Origin: Eledone cirrhosa
Lineage: Eukaryota
Direction: 5' to 3'
NCBI GenBank assembly: GCA_964016885.1
Contig: OZ024756.1
Span: forward strand, 31,620,001-31,684,000
DNA length: 64,000 bases
The translations under genes and the position numbers were made by a program. The notes under the pieces were generated by a model. The model was not told the origin of the DNA. It did not search any database and was given only the letters and a program-made list of their open reading frames with translations. Numbering within the stretch: the stretch's first letter is position 1; the number at the start of each line of letters is the position of its first letter. Below are positions 44,576 through 59,136 of the stretch, in pieces.

Positions 44576-44645
<70 letters not shown>

Positions 44646-44662
44646 ATATATATATATATATA

Positions 44663-44818
<156 letters not shown>

Positions 44819-45015
44819 CACATATATATGTTAAAACAACGTTACATATTACAACCCATCTCATTCATATCTCAAATGCAGGTCTTCCGAGATATTTCTC
44901 AAGAAGTCACTTCCAGCAGTGAAATTATATAATATATGTTTCAAAGAAATGTTTGTACAATACATCATAAAGGTATTGAGAGTTGTCGTTAACTTTAATG
45001 TTTGTTTGAATATAC

Positions 45016-45104
<89 letters not shown>

Positions 45105-45197
45105 GAAGTAATTCCGTCGGAAAAGTCCAGGAAAAAAGAGTGCTCTATGTAGGTAACAGAGTTTAATAGTTATGTAATAAACAACATAAGGCAATTA

Positions 45198-45258
45198 TTT
45201 CATTTACCAGTGGTTTCTTAAAAGCAAAAACATTTTGCTTTCAATCATCAGAATGAAA
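45198..45258 (-). ncRNA. Type I hammerhead ribozyme (family C, left arm)
   Basis: tttcatt-CTGATGA-ttgaaagcaaaa tgt ttttgcttttaa-GAAA-cca c tgg-TA-aatgaaa: 7-bp stem I, 12-bp stem II, GUA triplet. Confidence 0.85.
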
Positions 45259-45322
45259 AAATCCTGGTGTATTTATTGACGTTGGATTTTAAAAACCAAC
45301 GTCAATAAATACACCAGGATTT

Positions 45323-45383
45323 TTTCATTCTGATGATTGAAAGCAACATTTTTTTGCTTTTAAGAAACCACTGGTAAATGAAA
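45323..45383 (+). ncRNA. Type I hammerhead ribozyme (family C, right arm)
   Basis: tttcatt-CTGATGA-ttgaaagcaa..ttgcttttaa-GAAA-ccactgg-TA-aatgaaa. Predicted cleavage after 45376. Confidence 0.85.
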
Positions 45384-45469
45384 TAATTGCCTTATGTTTG
45401 TTTATTACATAACTATATATATAGTGCAATTTTAGACGGGAACAAAACAGAGAGGCAGACAAATAAAGG

Positions 45470-45529
<60 letters not shown>

Positions 45530-45733
45530 GAAAATAAAAAATCAGTGATGCATCGGAACTCAATTTATTGTCTGTTACAATTGTTTCCCCGGCGAACAGC
45601 TTGAGGTGCAATCCATGTGTGGATCAACCTGACTCTAGACTCGCAGGTTCCTCGGACACGTCTATTGATTTCGGAGGCATATCCGCTTTGGAGGATACCG
45701 CCTATGGATGCCTCTTAGCTACCATTAGACATA

Positions 45734-45939
<206 letters not shown>

Positions 45940-45953
45940 CATATATATGTATA

Positions 45954-45998
<45 letters not shown>

Positions 45999-46204
45999 AG
46001 CTGCATTTATCTTGCTTTATGTTCATACGAGTTATCACCAAGTCACAACCAGTGACCTCAAGAGACAACAAGGTCCGCCATATTCAAGAAAGAACATACA
46101 TACTCACTCATGCATCTTTAGTGTTTAGACTTGTGATGTACTTATATTGACAGAATCTTCCTTAGTATATGGGCAGTTCCCATTAGTACTATTTTTTGTA
46201 TTTC

Positions 46205-46270
<66 letters not shown>

Positions 46271-46402
46271 GTTCTGAGTTTTCATAGTTACTCTCCCACG
46301 CTTCGATCTAACGCGAGTGCATCCCCTCTGGTAAGTGACTTCTTCTGCACTACTTGTATCTCCGTATAATAGATTTTCCTTTTCCGTATGATCTCATTTA
46401 AA

Positions 46403-46443
46403 CCAAGCTGATGATCTGACTAAGGGGAAACAATTGTTCTTGG
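46403..46443 (+). ncRNA. Minimal type I hammerhead ribozyme (family D)
   Basis: ccaag-CTGATGA-tctgactaaggg-GAAA-caattg-TT-cttgg. Palindromic ACAATTGT stem III. Stem II is weak (G-U rich). Confidence 0.7.
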
Positions 46444-46469
46444 AATTGGTGCATTAACTCTTGTGGAAG

Positions 46470-46545
<76 letters not shown>

Positions 46546-46686
46546 CATATACATATACATATACATATATATTATATATACGATGTATTTTAACATCAAT
46601 ATTTATTGCTTTCTATATACATACACACATATATATAAATATATATACATATGTATATATATGTATATCTATCTACACACACACAA

Positions 46687-46718
<32 letters not shown>

Positions 46719-46835
46719 TTACATATGTATACATATATATCTATATCTATATACTCCATGTATATATTTATACACACACACACACACATATATATATATA
46801 CATATATATACATATATATATATACACATATATAG

Positions 46836-46886
<51 letters not shown>

Positions 46887-46961
46887 ATGCATATATATAT
46901 ATAAATATACTATATATATATATATATATATATATATGTTATGCATATATATATATAAATA

Positions 46962-47012
<51 letters not shown>

Positions 47013-47033
47013 TAGACACACATATACACACAT

Positions 47034-47088
<55 letters not shown>

Positions 47089-47599
47089 GAGAAAAGTAAC
47101 AGGCTAGTAGTTACAAAGTGAAACGGAACGAGGTGCCATGCCTGTAAGATACCATATACTTAGAAAAGAGCGATGGAGTGATGGAATAAAGGAGAGATAT
47201 GTCACACGTTTACATGGACGAAACCGCCGAGATGTTGAGCTAAATAAATCGATGGACGAGCGGATGTGGCAAAGTTTTTAAATCATTTCCCTCGCGGCAT
47301 AACATATAACAATGAATATTAACGAAAGTTAAGTGAATGTTTGACCAAGATTCTTTTTCTTCTTTACCAAGTTATGACATCGTCTGCCAAGATTTTCACC
47401 ATGAGTTACCGTTGAAAATAAAAACAAAAAATAAACAAACAAAAAGCAAAAAAACAAAAAAAAACACGCACACATACATACATACATACATACAGACATA
47501 CAGACAGACAGACAGACAGACACACACATAAACACACAGCGACATATACACACAGAGACACACGCATACACATATTTTAGACACACACATACAGATATT

Positions 47600-47815
47600 C
47601 TACTTTACACAAACAGACATACATACGTACATATATTCATACATACATATATAAGTACATACATACATACATACATACAAATATTCAGAAATACATACAT
47701 ACAAACATACATACATACATATATTCATATATATATACATATATTCATGCATACACACATACGTACACACATACATATATTCATTCATACATACATACAT
47801 ACATACATACATACA

Positions 47816-47848
<33 letters not shown>

Positions 47849-48780
47849 TCATGCATACACATATACGTACATACATACATATATTCATGCATACATACAT
47901 ACATACATACATACATACATGCATACACACATACGTACATACATACATATATTCATGCATACATATATTGATACATACATACATATATACATACATACAT
48001 ACATACATACATACATACATACATACATGCATACACACATACGTACATACATACATATATTCATGCATACATATATTCATACATACATACATACATACAT
48101 GCATACACACATACGTACATACATACATATATTCATGCATACATATATTCATACATACATACATACATACATACATACATACATACATACATACATACAG
48201 ACAGACATACATACATACATGCATACACACATACGTACATACATACATATATTCATACATACATACATACATACAGACAGACATACATACATACATGCAT
48301 ACACACATACGTACATACATACATATATTCATACATACATACATACATACAGACAGACATACATACATACATACATGCATACACACATACGTACATGCAT
48401 ACATATATTCATACATACATACATACATACATACATACATACATGCATACACACATACGTACATACATACATACATACATACATACATACATACATACAT
48501 ACATGCATACACACATAGTACATACATACATATATTCATGCATACATACATACATACATACATACATACATACATGCATACGCACATACGTACATACATA
48601 CATATATTCATACATACATACATACATACATACATACATACATACATACATACATGCATACACACATACGTACATACATACATATATTCATACATAGATA
48701 CATACGTACAGACAGACATACATACATACATGCATACACACATACGTACATACATACATACAGACAGACATACATACATA
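47600..48780 (+). repeat. Complex (TACA)n satellite with higher-order unit
   Basis: Recurrent gcatacacacatacgtacatacatacatatattcat blocks. Confidence 0.9.
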
Positions 48781-48788
48781 TACTCGTC

Positions 48789-48844
<56 letters not shown>

Positions 48845-49106
48845 CTTCTTCTTCTTCTTCTTCTTCTTCTTCTTCTTCTTCTTCTTCTCCTCCTCCTCCT
48901 CCTCCCCCCTCCTCCTCCTTCTTCTTCTTGACACACGTGTCTGTGTGTTATGACCGTGCCAGCCAGTGTGTGTGTTTATGTAAAAACTTTTCTAAAGAGT
49001 TAACAATTGCTTTTGTCAAAAATATCTCCTCATAGTTACGTCAAGAATGTTACAAATTAACACAAGATTCAATATCTATATCTATCAAACGTACTTATTA
49101 TATACA

Positions 49107-49139
<33 letters not shown>

Positions 49140-49152
<13 letters not shown>

Positions 49153-49166
49153 AAAGGTAAACAGAA

Positions 49167-49204
<38 letters not shown>

Positions 49205-49223
49205 ATGTAAAAGGTAAACAGAA

Positions 49224-49263
<40 letters not shown>

Positions 49264-49274
49264 TATATGCATAC

Positions 49275-49305
<31 letters not shown>

Positions 49306-49423
49306 CACACGTATATATACACGTATATATACATGTATGTATATATATATTTATATAAATATATATATATACATATATATATATGCATATATATATATAC
49401 ATATAGGCACACACACACACACC

Positions 49424-49478
<55 letters not shown>

Positions 49479-49538
49479 ATGTAAAAGGTAAACAGAAATG
49501 TATATATATATATATATATAAAATATATATATGCATAC

Positions 49539-49569
<31 letters not shown>

Positions 49570-49701
49570 CACACGTATATACACACGTATATATACATGT
49601 ATGTATATATATATTTATATAAATATATATATATACATATATATATGCATATATATATATACATATAGGCACACACACACACCCACACACACACACACAC
49701 T

Positions 49702-49710
<9 letters not shown>
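49140..49710 (+). repeat. ~270-bp tandem duplication of a microsatellite mosaic
   Basis: The marker gtaaaaggtaaacagaaatg occurs three times, and the downstream mosaic is repeated. Confidence 0.8.
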
Positions 49711-49764
<54 letters not shown>

Positions 49765-50044
49765 TTATATATTCCTCCTACAGTATTTTTAGTGAATGTA
49801 ATTGTGTATTATTTCAGTTGGTAGCAATTATCAATTGAATCATTGAATACACTTCATATATGTCACAATGATTTAAACTCCGTCGGTTTTAAAGTCGCTG
49901 TTGTAATGGCTGTTGCTTTTCACCTCGCTTCTTTTTGCGACATTCCTCTTTCTCGCTTTATTTCCCGCCTCAATAAATATTGACAAAGCTGTCATTTTTC
50001 TACGATGGAGAAATTAGATCAGGTTCTTGTAAGTGTGCCGTGTA

Positions 50045-50860
50045 TGTGTGTTGTCCGTCTGTGTATTAGTATGTCCGCGTGTTAGTCTGTCTGTGTGATA
50101 GTCTGTCTGTATGTTAGTATGTCCTGTGTTAGTCTCTCTGGTGTGTATTTGACAGTGTTTTAGCCTGTGTGTTAGGTCGGTCTGTGTGTTAATCTGTGTG
50201 TTAGTCCGTGTGTTAGTCCGTGTGTTTGTCATGTGTTTTAGTCTGCGCTGTGTATTTGACTGTGTTTTAGTCTGTCTGTGTGTTAACCCGTGTGTTAGTC
50301 CATGTGTTAGTCTCTGTGGTGTGTATTTGACTGTGTTTGAGTCTGTCTGTCTGTCTGTGTGTTAACCCGTGTGTTAGTCTGTGTGTTAGTCTCTGTGGTG
50401 TGTATTTGACTGTGTTTGAGCCTGTCTGTCTGTGTGTTAACCCGTGTGTTAGTCCTTGTGTTAGTCTCTGTGGTGTGTATTTGACTGTGTTTTAGTCTGT
50501 CTGTGTGTTAGTCTGCCTGTGTGTTAGTCTCTGTGGTGTGCTAGTTCGTCTGTGTGTTAGTCTCTGTGGTGTGTATTTGACTGTGTTAGTTCGTCTGTGT
50601 GTTTTGTCCATCTGTATGTTAGCCTCTGTGGTATGTATATGATTATGTATTAATCCGTGTGTTTGTCTGTCTGCCAGCGTGTTACTATGTCTGTGTGTTA
50701 GTTAGTTTGTCCGTGTATTAGTCTCTGTGATTTATATTTAACTGTGTGTTAGTCAGTCTGTGATGTGTATCTGTCTGTGTGTTAGTCTGTCTGTGTGTGT
50801 GTGTATCTGTCTCTGTGTTAGTCTTTGTGGTGTGGATTTGACTATTGGTATGTTAGTATA
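50045..50860 (+). repeat. GT-rich minisatellite (gtgtgttagtct-like) with ~70-bp higher-order unit
   Basis: Repeated gttagtctctgtggtgtgtatttgactgtg blocks. Confidence 0.85.
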
Positions 50861-50946
50861 TCTGTATGTTTTTCTGTTTAGTATCAGCATATGTATGGTA
50901 TTTGTTGAACAGTTGTATGATATGTTACTGCATTATCGATATATAT

Positions 50947-51027
<81 letters not shown>

Positions 51028-51171
51028 CACACACACACATATATACACACACACACGCACCCACAAGCTTCAAGTTCTAATTGATGACGACCGAAGTCAG
51101 ATCAAGCTTCGGGAAACTTGGATTATCTGGGAAGGTATACGTCACTTTGGCATGTGTTTTATACAATATAG

Positions 51172-51356
<185 letters not shown>

Positions 51357-51370
51357 ATCTCTATCTATCT

Positions 51371-51402
<32 letters not shown>

Positions 51403-51883
51403 CCATCCATCTATCTACCTATAATCTATCTCTCTCTCCCTCTTTCTATCTATCTATCTCTCTTTCTATCTCCGTATTTATCTCTCTCTCTCTCTTCCCC
51501 CTCTCTCTCTCTCTATATATTTCGATACATACACATATACACACATAGATAAATATTTATGTATATGCATATACACACACGTAGGTTACCAATACGTCAT
51601 CTATTTATGTCACGTCAGCAATCCCACCTTACTAAGCTATATTATCAGCTGAAATATCTTAACGTGGAAAAATACTGATCTTTCAGAAGAAATGAATTTT
51701 TATGTATTCATTTAATGAAAAATTCTAGTTTGAAATTTCCATTTTCATTTTACATATCATTGCATTTACACACACACACACACGCACACACACACACACA
51801 CACGCACACACACGCACGCACACACACGCACACACACGCACACACACAGACACACACACGCGCACACACACACGCGCACACAC

Positions 51884-51976
<93 letters not shown>

Positions 51977-52012
51977 ACACGCACACAAAGATACATACAC
52001 ACAGAAACGTTC

Positions 52013-52060
<48 letters not shown>

Positions 52061-52086
52061 CATACATACATACATACATACATACA

Positions 52087-52120
<34 letters not shown>

Positions 52121-52175
52121 CAAATAATCAAGACACTTACAAATAAAAGCTGCACTTGGGAACGACAATGTCTCC

Positions 52176-52258
<83 letters not shown>

Positions 52259-52574
52259 GTTTTGTTTTCAGAAATGCATAAACATAGAAAACAAAAGCAA
52301 TGTACACTGTAGTGTAAATTTTGAACTTTTAAAACATTGAATAGAAAGTAAAATGACGGAATAAAATTAACGCTCAGTGGAAGCGCTCAATGGAAATTAA
52401 AAATTGTCTATCAATGCAAAGCTTCATTTAACACACGCATTCTGCCTAAATATTTTGCTTTCACGGTTCATTTAACATCCCAACATTTTTTCTATTTTCC
52501 TTTCACAAACCATTCTAAATCAACACATTTCTTAGCTTTGCTCCCAGTTGTTGTTGTTGTCGTCGTCGTCGTCG

Positions 52575-52633
<59 letters not shown>

Positions 52634-52715
52634 CTTCTTCTTCTTCTTCTTCTTCTTCTTCTTCTTCTTCTTCTTCTTCTTCTTCTTCTTCTTCTTCTTC
52701 CTTCTCCTCCTCTGG

Positions 52716-52795
<80 letters not shown>

Positions 52796-52802
<7 letters not shown>

Positions 52803-53378
52803 TTAGTTAAGCAAAACAAGACCACAAATTTCACAAGGAAGACATTATTAAAAGATTGTCAATATATTTTAGTTTGATGTAAGGAATGTAGAGAATAATA
52901 ATAATAATGTCCGTTTACAATTGTTTCGCTACTCCATATAATATTTCTGGATCAGATGACTATATATCATTATTGATCTGGTTCAGTTGAAAATAATTAA
53001 CATATTTAAAAACAGAGCGGCTCATCGGAACTTCAAAGGAATATAAATTAAAATAAGGAGAGCATGTTACATAATGTAATGTTCATATATTGGTATTTCA
53101 CTATGGTATCCTGGTTGTATCAATAGTCAGCCATAATCAAGCAGTATTCATCTGTCGAGGCTTCATTTTCAACTGAACCAGATCAATTATGATATATAGT
53201 CATCTGATCCAGAAATATTATATGGAGTAGCGAAACAATTGTAAACGGACATTATTATTATTAATATTATTATTATTATTCTCTACATTCCTTACATCAA
53301 ACTAAAATATGTTGACAATCTTTTAATAATGTCTTCCTTGTGAAATTTGTGGTCTTGTTTTGCTTAACTAATGAATAT
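52796..53378. mobile_element. ~200-bp inverted duplication of a Penelope-like remnant, attached to (TA)n
   Basis: 52796-52994 is the reverse complement of ~53165-53378. The right arm contains agc-GAAA-caattg-TA, with a degenerate core CTGTCGA at 53152-53158. Confidence 0.6.
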
Positions 53379-54516
53379 TTCCAGCTCTGCGCGCCTAACT
53401 TCTGCATGAACCCAGCCACCTAGCTGCTTGCTACTGCATATTGCACATTGGGCCTTTACGCTTTGGCTTCTAACTAATTCACCAATCTCTCTTCTACTAT
53501 CTCCTCTCCTATATCCATCTCTCTCTTTAAGATTGGTTACTGTTGAAGTGTATATATATATATATATATAAACATATATGAATATAAATATTTGTGTAGT
53601 ATTATTATTGTTGTCAATTTGTTTTTTTCTTTCTTCCTCTCTCTCGATATATATATATACATACGGATATACATACATACACACACACACACAGACACAC
53701 ACATATATATATATACACACACATACATACATATATATATATTTATATATATAAACATATATAAATATAATTATTTGCGTGGTATTATAAAGTACTAGTA
53801 ATACACTAGGATAATTGCTGGCCTTGTGCCAAAAGTAGAAACAATTATATTACTGTTGTCAATTTGGCTTTCTCTTTCACCTCTGGGAATCCTGACAACG
53901 ATTAGAAGATCGAAAGATTATGGAAGAGCAATTAATTCTAACTTCAAGCTTTCCATATTATTTTCTGTTATATTCTGTCATAGTCATTTCCTTCTTATAG
54001 TTATTTCCTTCTGGTGGTTGTTGCTGTCATTGTGGGCTGTTGTTGTTATTGTTGGTGCTGTTGTTGTTGTTGTTAGTTCCCTTTTGGAATAAAATATATA
54101 AAAATTAAATATATAAAATAGAATAAATAAAAATAAAATATATAAAAATAGTATAAATAAAAAATAATAATACATTTAAAATAATAATAAATAAAAAATA
54201 ATAAATTTAAAATAATAATAGATAAACTAAAATAAAATAAAAATAGAAATAAATTATAATAAAAAATATAAATAAAAAAAAATAATTTATAATAAAAAAT
54301 ATAATAAAATTAAAATTAAATTATAATAAAAAATAAAATAAAAATAAAAATAAATTATAATAAAAAATATAAAAAATAATTAGAATCTATTATTATTTTA
54401 GTGTATTTAATTTAATTTCAATTTTATTTTATTTTTATTTAAATTAATTTTATTTTCGTTGTTCTTATTTTATTTTATATTTATTTATAATTTTTTATTT
54501 TTTATTTTTATCTTAG

Positions 54517-54669
54517 GTCGGCAAATGCGGATGATGTTAACGTGATGCTGACAAACATGTCGGATATCGAGGTGGTCGGTAACTTCTTAAAGGAGTACGA
54601 GGCGTTGTTAGAGGAGAAAAGATTAACCCGAACAAGATGTAGGGTTTCCAGCTCGGCGCACCTGATAAG
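54517..54669 (+). CDS. Candidate coding exon of an unidentified gene (SANADDVNVMLTNMSDIEVVGNFLKEYEALLEEKRLTRTRCRVSSSAHLI)
   Basis: Long T-rich acceptor, sharp GC rise, 50 open codons with protein-like composition, donor aag|gtaaat. Confidence 0.55.
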
Positions 54670-54949
54670 GTAAATCCCTGCCGTCCAACAGCGACATGGG
54701 GCGCTGGACAAACGGAACAGTTTCGGATATCCAGATGGATAGGAACTGGGAGGAAGTAACGAGCAGTCTCACCCAGAAAACGTAGTTTCTATTTACTGCT
54801 AAACAGATCCAATGAAATTTCCCAGGAGAAGAGAGAAGAAAATATACGAAGAGAAAATTGAGAATGAATATAGAAAAAAATAGCAAAAAATAAAGTATAA
54901 AAATATGGAATATAAATAACGACTTCCCCTCAAAATAATAATAAAAAAA

Positions 54950-55310
54950 ATGGCAGAAAAATATGGCATAAATAACACACATAAAAGAAAAAAAAAATCA
55001 TAGTATAAAAATATGGAAGATAAATAAACAAAAAATCCAGAAAAATATCGAAGACGAGTAAAGAAAAGCATCCCCCAAAATATGGAAGATAAATAAAGAA
55101 TAAAATCCAGAGATATATGGAAGATAATAAAGGAAAAAAACCTAGAAAAATATAGAAGATAAATAAATAAAAAATCCAGAAATATATGGAAGAAAATAAA
55201 GAAAAAGATCCAGAAAAATATGGAAGATAAATAAATAAAAAAATTCCAAAAATATGGAAGATGAATAATGCAAACAAAAAATTAACTTAAAGATATGGAA
55301 GATATATATA
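54950..55310 (+). repeat. Degenerate ~30-bp A-rich tandem repeat (aaaatatggaagataaataa)
   Basis: About 10 visible units. Confidence 0.8.
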
Positions 55311-55737
55311 ACGCAAAACATAATAGCATAAAAGCATTGCAATAATAGATGGAACTAAATGGTATATAAATCCTAGTGTGGAATTGTAATGTGGAATGGT
55401 AGTGTGGAATGGTAATGGTAGATTCTGACGAATCTGCGAGATTAAATGATCTTAGATCTTCGACTGGCGCCAGATAAGATGAAGTTTCTACTGGCTAATA
55501 GATTAATTTGTTGTTCTTATTATTTTGGTTATTGTACTTGTTGTTTAAGACATCTGTATTGTCTTCGTATTTTTGTCCGTGTATGCGTGTATATATGCAT
55601 GTGTGTTTGCGTGCACGTATGCGTGTATGTATGAGTGTCTGGGCATGTGCGTACATGTTTCATGTTTTATAGGAGTTTTTAATTTCACTTCACTTAGATA
55701 AAACAAATTAATATGTGGATATATATAATGAGAATGA

Positions 55738-55788
<51 letters not shown>

Positions 55789-56039
55789 AATGCAACGTGA
55801 AGTTACTGTAGGTTCACCCGAGTGAGCACTCGATGCGTAGTTTCCAGTCGGTAAAGAAGTGTAGAACTAAGCAGAGGTCTGAGGAGCTTTTGATTCCAGA
55901 GTCGGGCTAAATCGATACAGATCGAACCTTGAGCTGATCAATAGTAAAACGAGCGTCACTACTCATTAAACGTAATGAAGAAGACATAACAAATCGTCCT
56001 TTTATTATATATATATATATATATATGAGAGTGAGTGAG

Positions 56040-56092
<53 letters not shown>

Positions 56093-56578
56093 TAGAGAGA
56101 TAGAGATCGAATGAGGTGAGAAAATTCCATTTAAATTTGTAGTTATTGCTTAGAAAAGTGGTGGTCAATATAGTTTTAATGTCGGTGTAGATGGTAGGAG
56201 AAACGGTAGTGGTGGTAAAAATAAAAGGCATGATTTGTGTGTTGTTTGTGTAGGAGGTCGGAAGATGTGGTTTGTGTACAGTGTATGGGTGTGGTCAATG
56301 TACACTGTTTGGGCGTGGCCTGTGTTTTGTATATGCAAAACGGATGCACCCTATTTTACACTCAGAGGGTGTGGTCTGCTTACTGCTTATGATGATGCGA
56401 AATTTATTATTTTTATTCTTGTTATATATATAGGAGGAGAACCGACTTTCGTCAAATTCGTCAAATCGGACCGAGGAAACAATGTTTCCGTTGGTCTTTC
56501 CAATTGTTAATACTATCTATCGGTCGCAACTCCAGGAAGAAGGGGCAACGTGAAATAAAGTGAATAACGTGAAATAAA

Positions 56579-56635
<57 letters not shown>

Positions 56636-56705
56636 GTTGATAAATTCTGATTGGATATATGAAGTATACAAGTATTCATTTTTTCTCGTAACCGTACTCC
56701 TTTTT

Positions 56706-56818
<113 letters not shown>

Positions 56819-57081
56819 CAGCAGAAAATGCACAAAGTTACATGAAGTCCAGATAAATGCAACGTTACCTTGTCAGCCACTTTGCTTGCAGTGCAGTTTC
56901 GTGCATCGGGGTAGTACTGCAAGGTGGCTAACTACGTAACAACGCATTTATCTGTATGTATTATCTAACATTCTCTGCTGATAGTATATGCGTGTATATC
57001 CACACCAGCACGCACATACTTTGATACATTTTACACCAACTGATACACATACACACACACTGATATATATATATATATATC

Positions 57082-57145
<64 letters not shown>

Positions 57146-57149
57146 TCTA

Positions 57150-57193
<44 letters not shown>

Positions 57194-58426
57194 TACGATG
57201 ATGGTGACAACGACGATGACGATGATGGCGATGCAGCATGAAGTGGGGAGTGGTAGGAGGAAGGAAGATATGTTAACAACAATCGTTGTAGTGCAGTCCA
57301 CTATCTGCCGTTCTCATCTCGCGATATTTGTGTTGTTGTCGGTGTAAATTACTGGCTAGTAATTCTATTATTGGGACGAATCATAAATCAAACGAGATTT
57401 TCGTTATGGCATCCATTTCATAAATTTTATAACAACTTGAGAATATGAAGTTTAATTTTGTTATATTGTTATTGTTGTTAGTATTGTGGTTGTTGCCTTT
57501 ATTGTGGGCAGTTGTTGTTATTGTTGGTGCTGTTGTTGTTGTTATTGTTGTGGTCGTTGCTGTTATTGTGGGTTGTTGTTGCTGTTGGTGCTGTTGTTGT
57601 TAGTGTTTGTAGTTGTTGCTGTTGTTGCTGTTGCTGCTGTTGTGGTTGCTGTTGTGATTATTGTTATTGTTGTGGATCTTGGTAATATTGTGGGCAGTTG
57701 TTGTTATTGTTGGTGTTGTTGATGTTAGTGTTGTTGCTGTTGCTGTTATTATGGGCTGTTGTTACTGTTAGTGTTGTTGTTAGTGTTTGTAGTTGTTGCT
57801 GTTGCTGCTGCTGTTGTTGTTGTTGTAGTTATTGTTGTTGTTGTGATTATTGTTATTGTAGGCTGTTGTGGTTATTGTTGGTTCTGTTGTTGTTGTCAGT
57901 GTTGTAGTTGTTGCTGTTGCTGCTGTTGTTGGTGTTGCTGTTGTAGTTGTAACTCTTTAGCGTTCCCTTCGAAGCTGTTAGCTTTTGTTGTTGTTGAGGC
58001 TGTTGCTGGTATGGCAGATGATGATGTCGCTGTTGTTGCTGTTGCTAGTGTTGTTGTTGTTGTAGTTATTGTTGTTGTTGTTGTTGTAGTTATTGCTGCT
58101 GCTGCTGTTGCTGCTGTTGTTGTTGTTATTGTTGTTGTTATTGTTGTAGTTATCGCTGTTGTTGTTGTTGCTGTTGTTGTTATCTCCGGTTACTAATTGT
58201 TTGAATGAAATATAATAGAATAGTAAAATCAAATATAAATAAAAATATAATAAAACAACAAATGACATATAAAATATATAATGAAAAAATATATAATGAT
58301 TTCTTTATTATTTATTATTAATTTATTATTTTATTGATATATTTATTTATTTATTTATTTATTCATAAAAACATATAATTAAACAATAAATAACACAATA
58401 AAGTATGAAATAAAATAATAGTAAAA

Positions 58427-58905
58427 TAATTGTTCCTACTTTTGGCACAAGGCCAGCAATTACCCAATGCATTACTGGTACTTTATTTTATCGACCCCGT
58501 AAGGATGAAAGGCAAAGTTAATCTTGGCGGGATTTGAACTCAGAATGGAAAGGGCCGTAACTTTATGCGTCAAAGCATGGCGTCTGACCCTCTAACAATA
58601 CTGCCAATCCACCGCTAATATAGTAAAATAATAATAATGATAATAATGATAATAATTGTTTCTACTAAGATAAACGCTTTCTCTCTGTTCTGCTCTGATT
58701 TACAAGTGTATACTCAGGTGAGACCCGTTACGCTCATTCTTCTATAGAATAATGGTTTCTGATTTAGGCACAAGGCCAGCAATTTTCGGAGAAAGGGAAA
58801 GTCGATTAAATCGACCCCAGTATTTGACTGGTACTTTATTTTATCGACACCAGAATGATAAAAGGCAAAGTTGACCTCGGTGGCAATTGAACTCGGAACG
58901 TAAAG
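58427..58905 (-). mobile_element. Two SINE family 1 copies (58427-58615; ~58752-58905)
   Basis: Reverse-complement matches to the family core. Confidence 0.8.
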
Positions 58906-58972
58906 AGCTGGAGAAAATATTTGCATTAACTGTTTGATTTCTTCGTGTTATCCTCAGACTGTAGACGTAAAC

Positions 58973-59012
58973 ACGTCATATACTCAAAATTCCTTAATAC
59001 ACACACACACAC

Positions 59013-59096
<84 letters not shown>

Positions 59097-59136
59097 GTGT
59101 GTGTGTGTGTATTAAGGAATTTTGAGTATATGACGT
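58973..59136. repeat. Palindrome centred on a (TA)n tract
   Basis: acgtcatatactcaaaattccttaatacacacac..(TA)n..gtgtgtgtattaaggaattttgagtatatgacgt. Confidence 0.9.

Larger units (their letters stand above)
45165..45417. repeat. ~250-bp palindrome (arms ~120 bp)
   Basis: atagttatgtaataaaca...gacgttgg-attttaaaaa-ccaacgtc...tgtttattacataactat. Confidence 0.92.

Noticed and set aside
50045-50860. TTAG-containing repeats as interstitial telomere
   Set aside because: The unit is gtgtgttagtct-like, not TTAGGG or TTAGG.
55421-55460. CTGACGA-atct gcg agat-TAAA hammerhead-like string
   Set aside because: GAAA is mutated and stems I and III are poorly paired; it could be chance.
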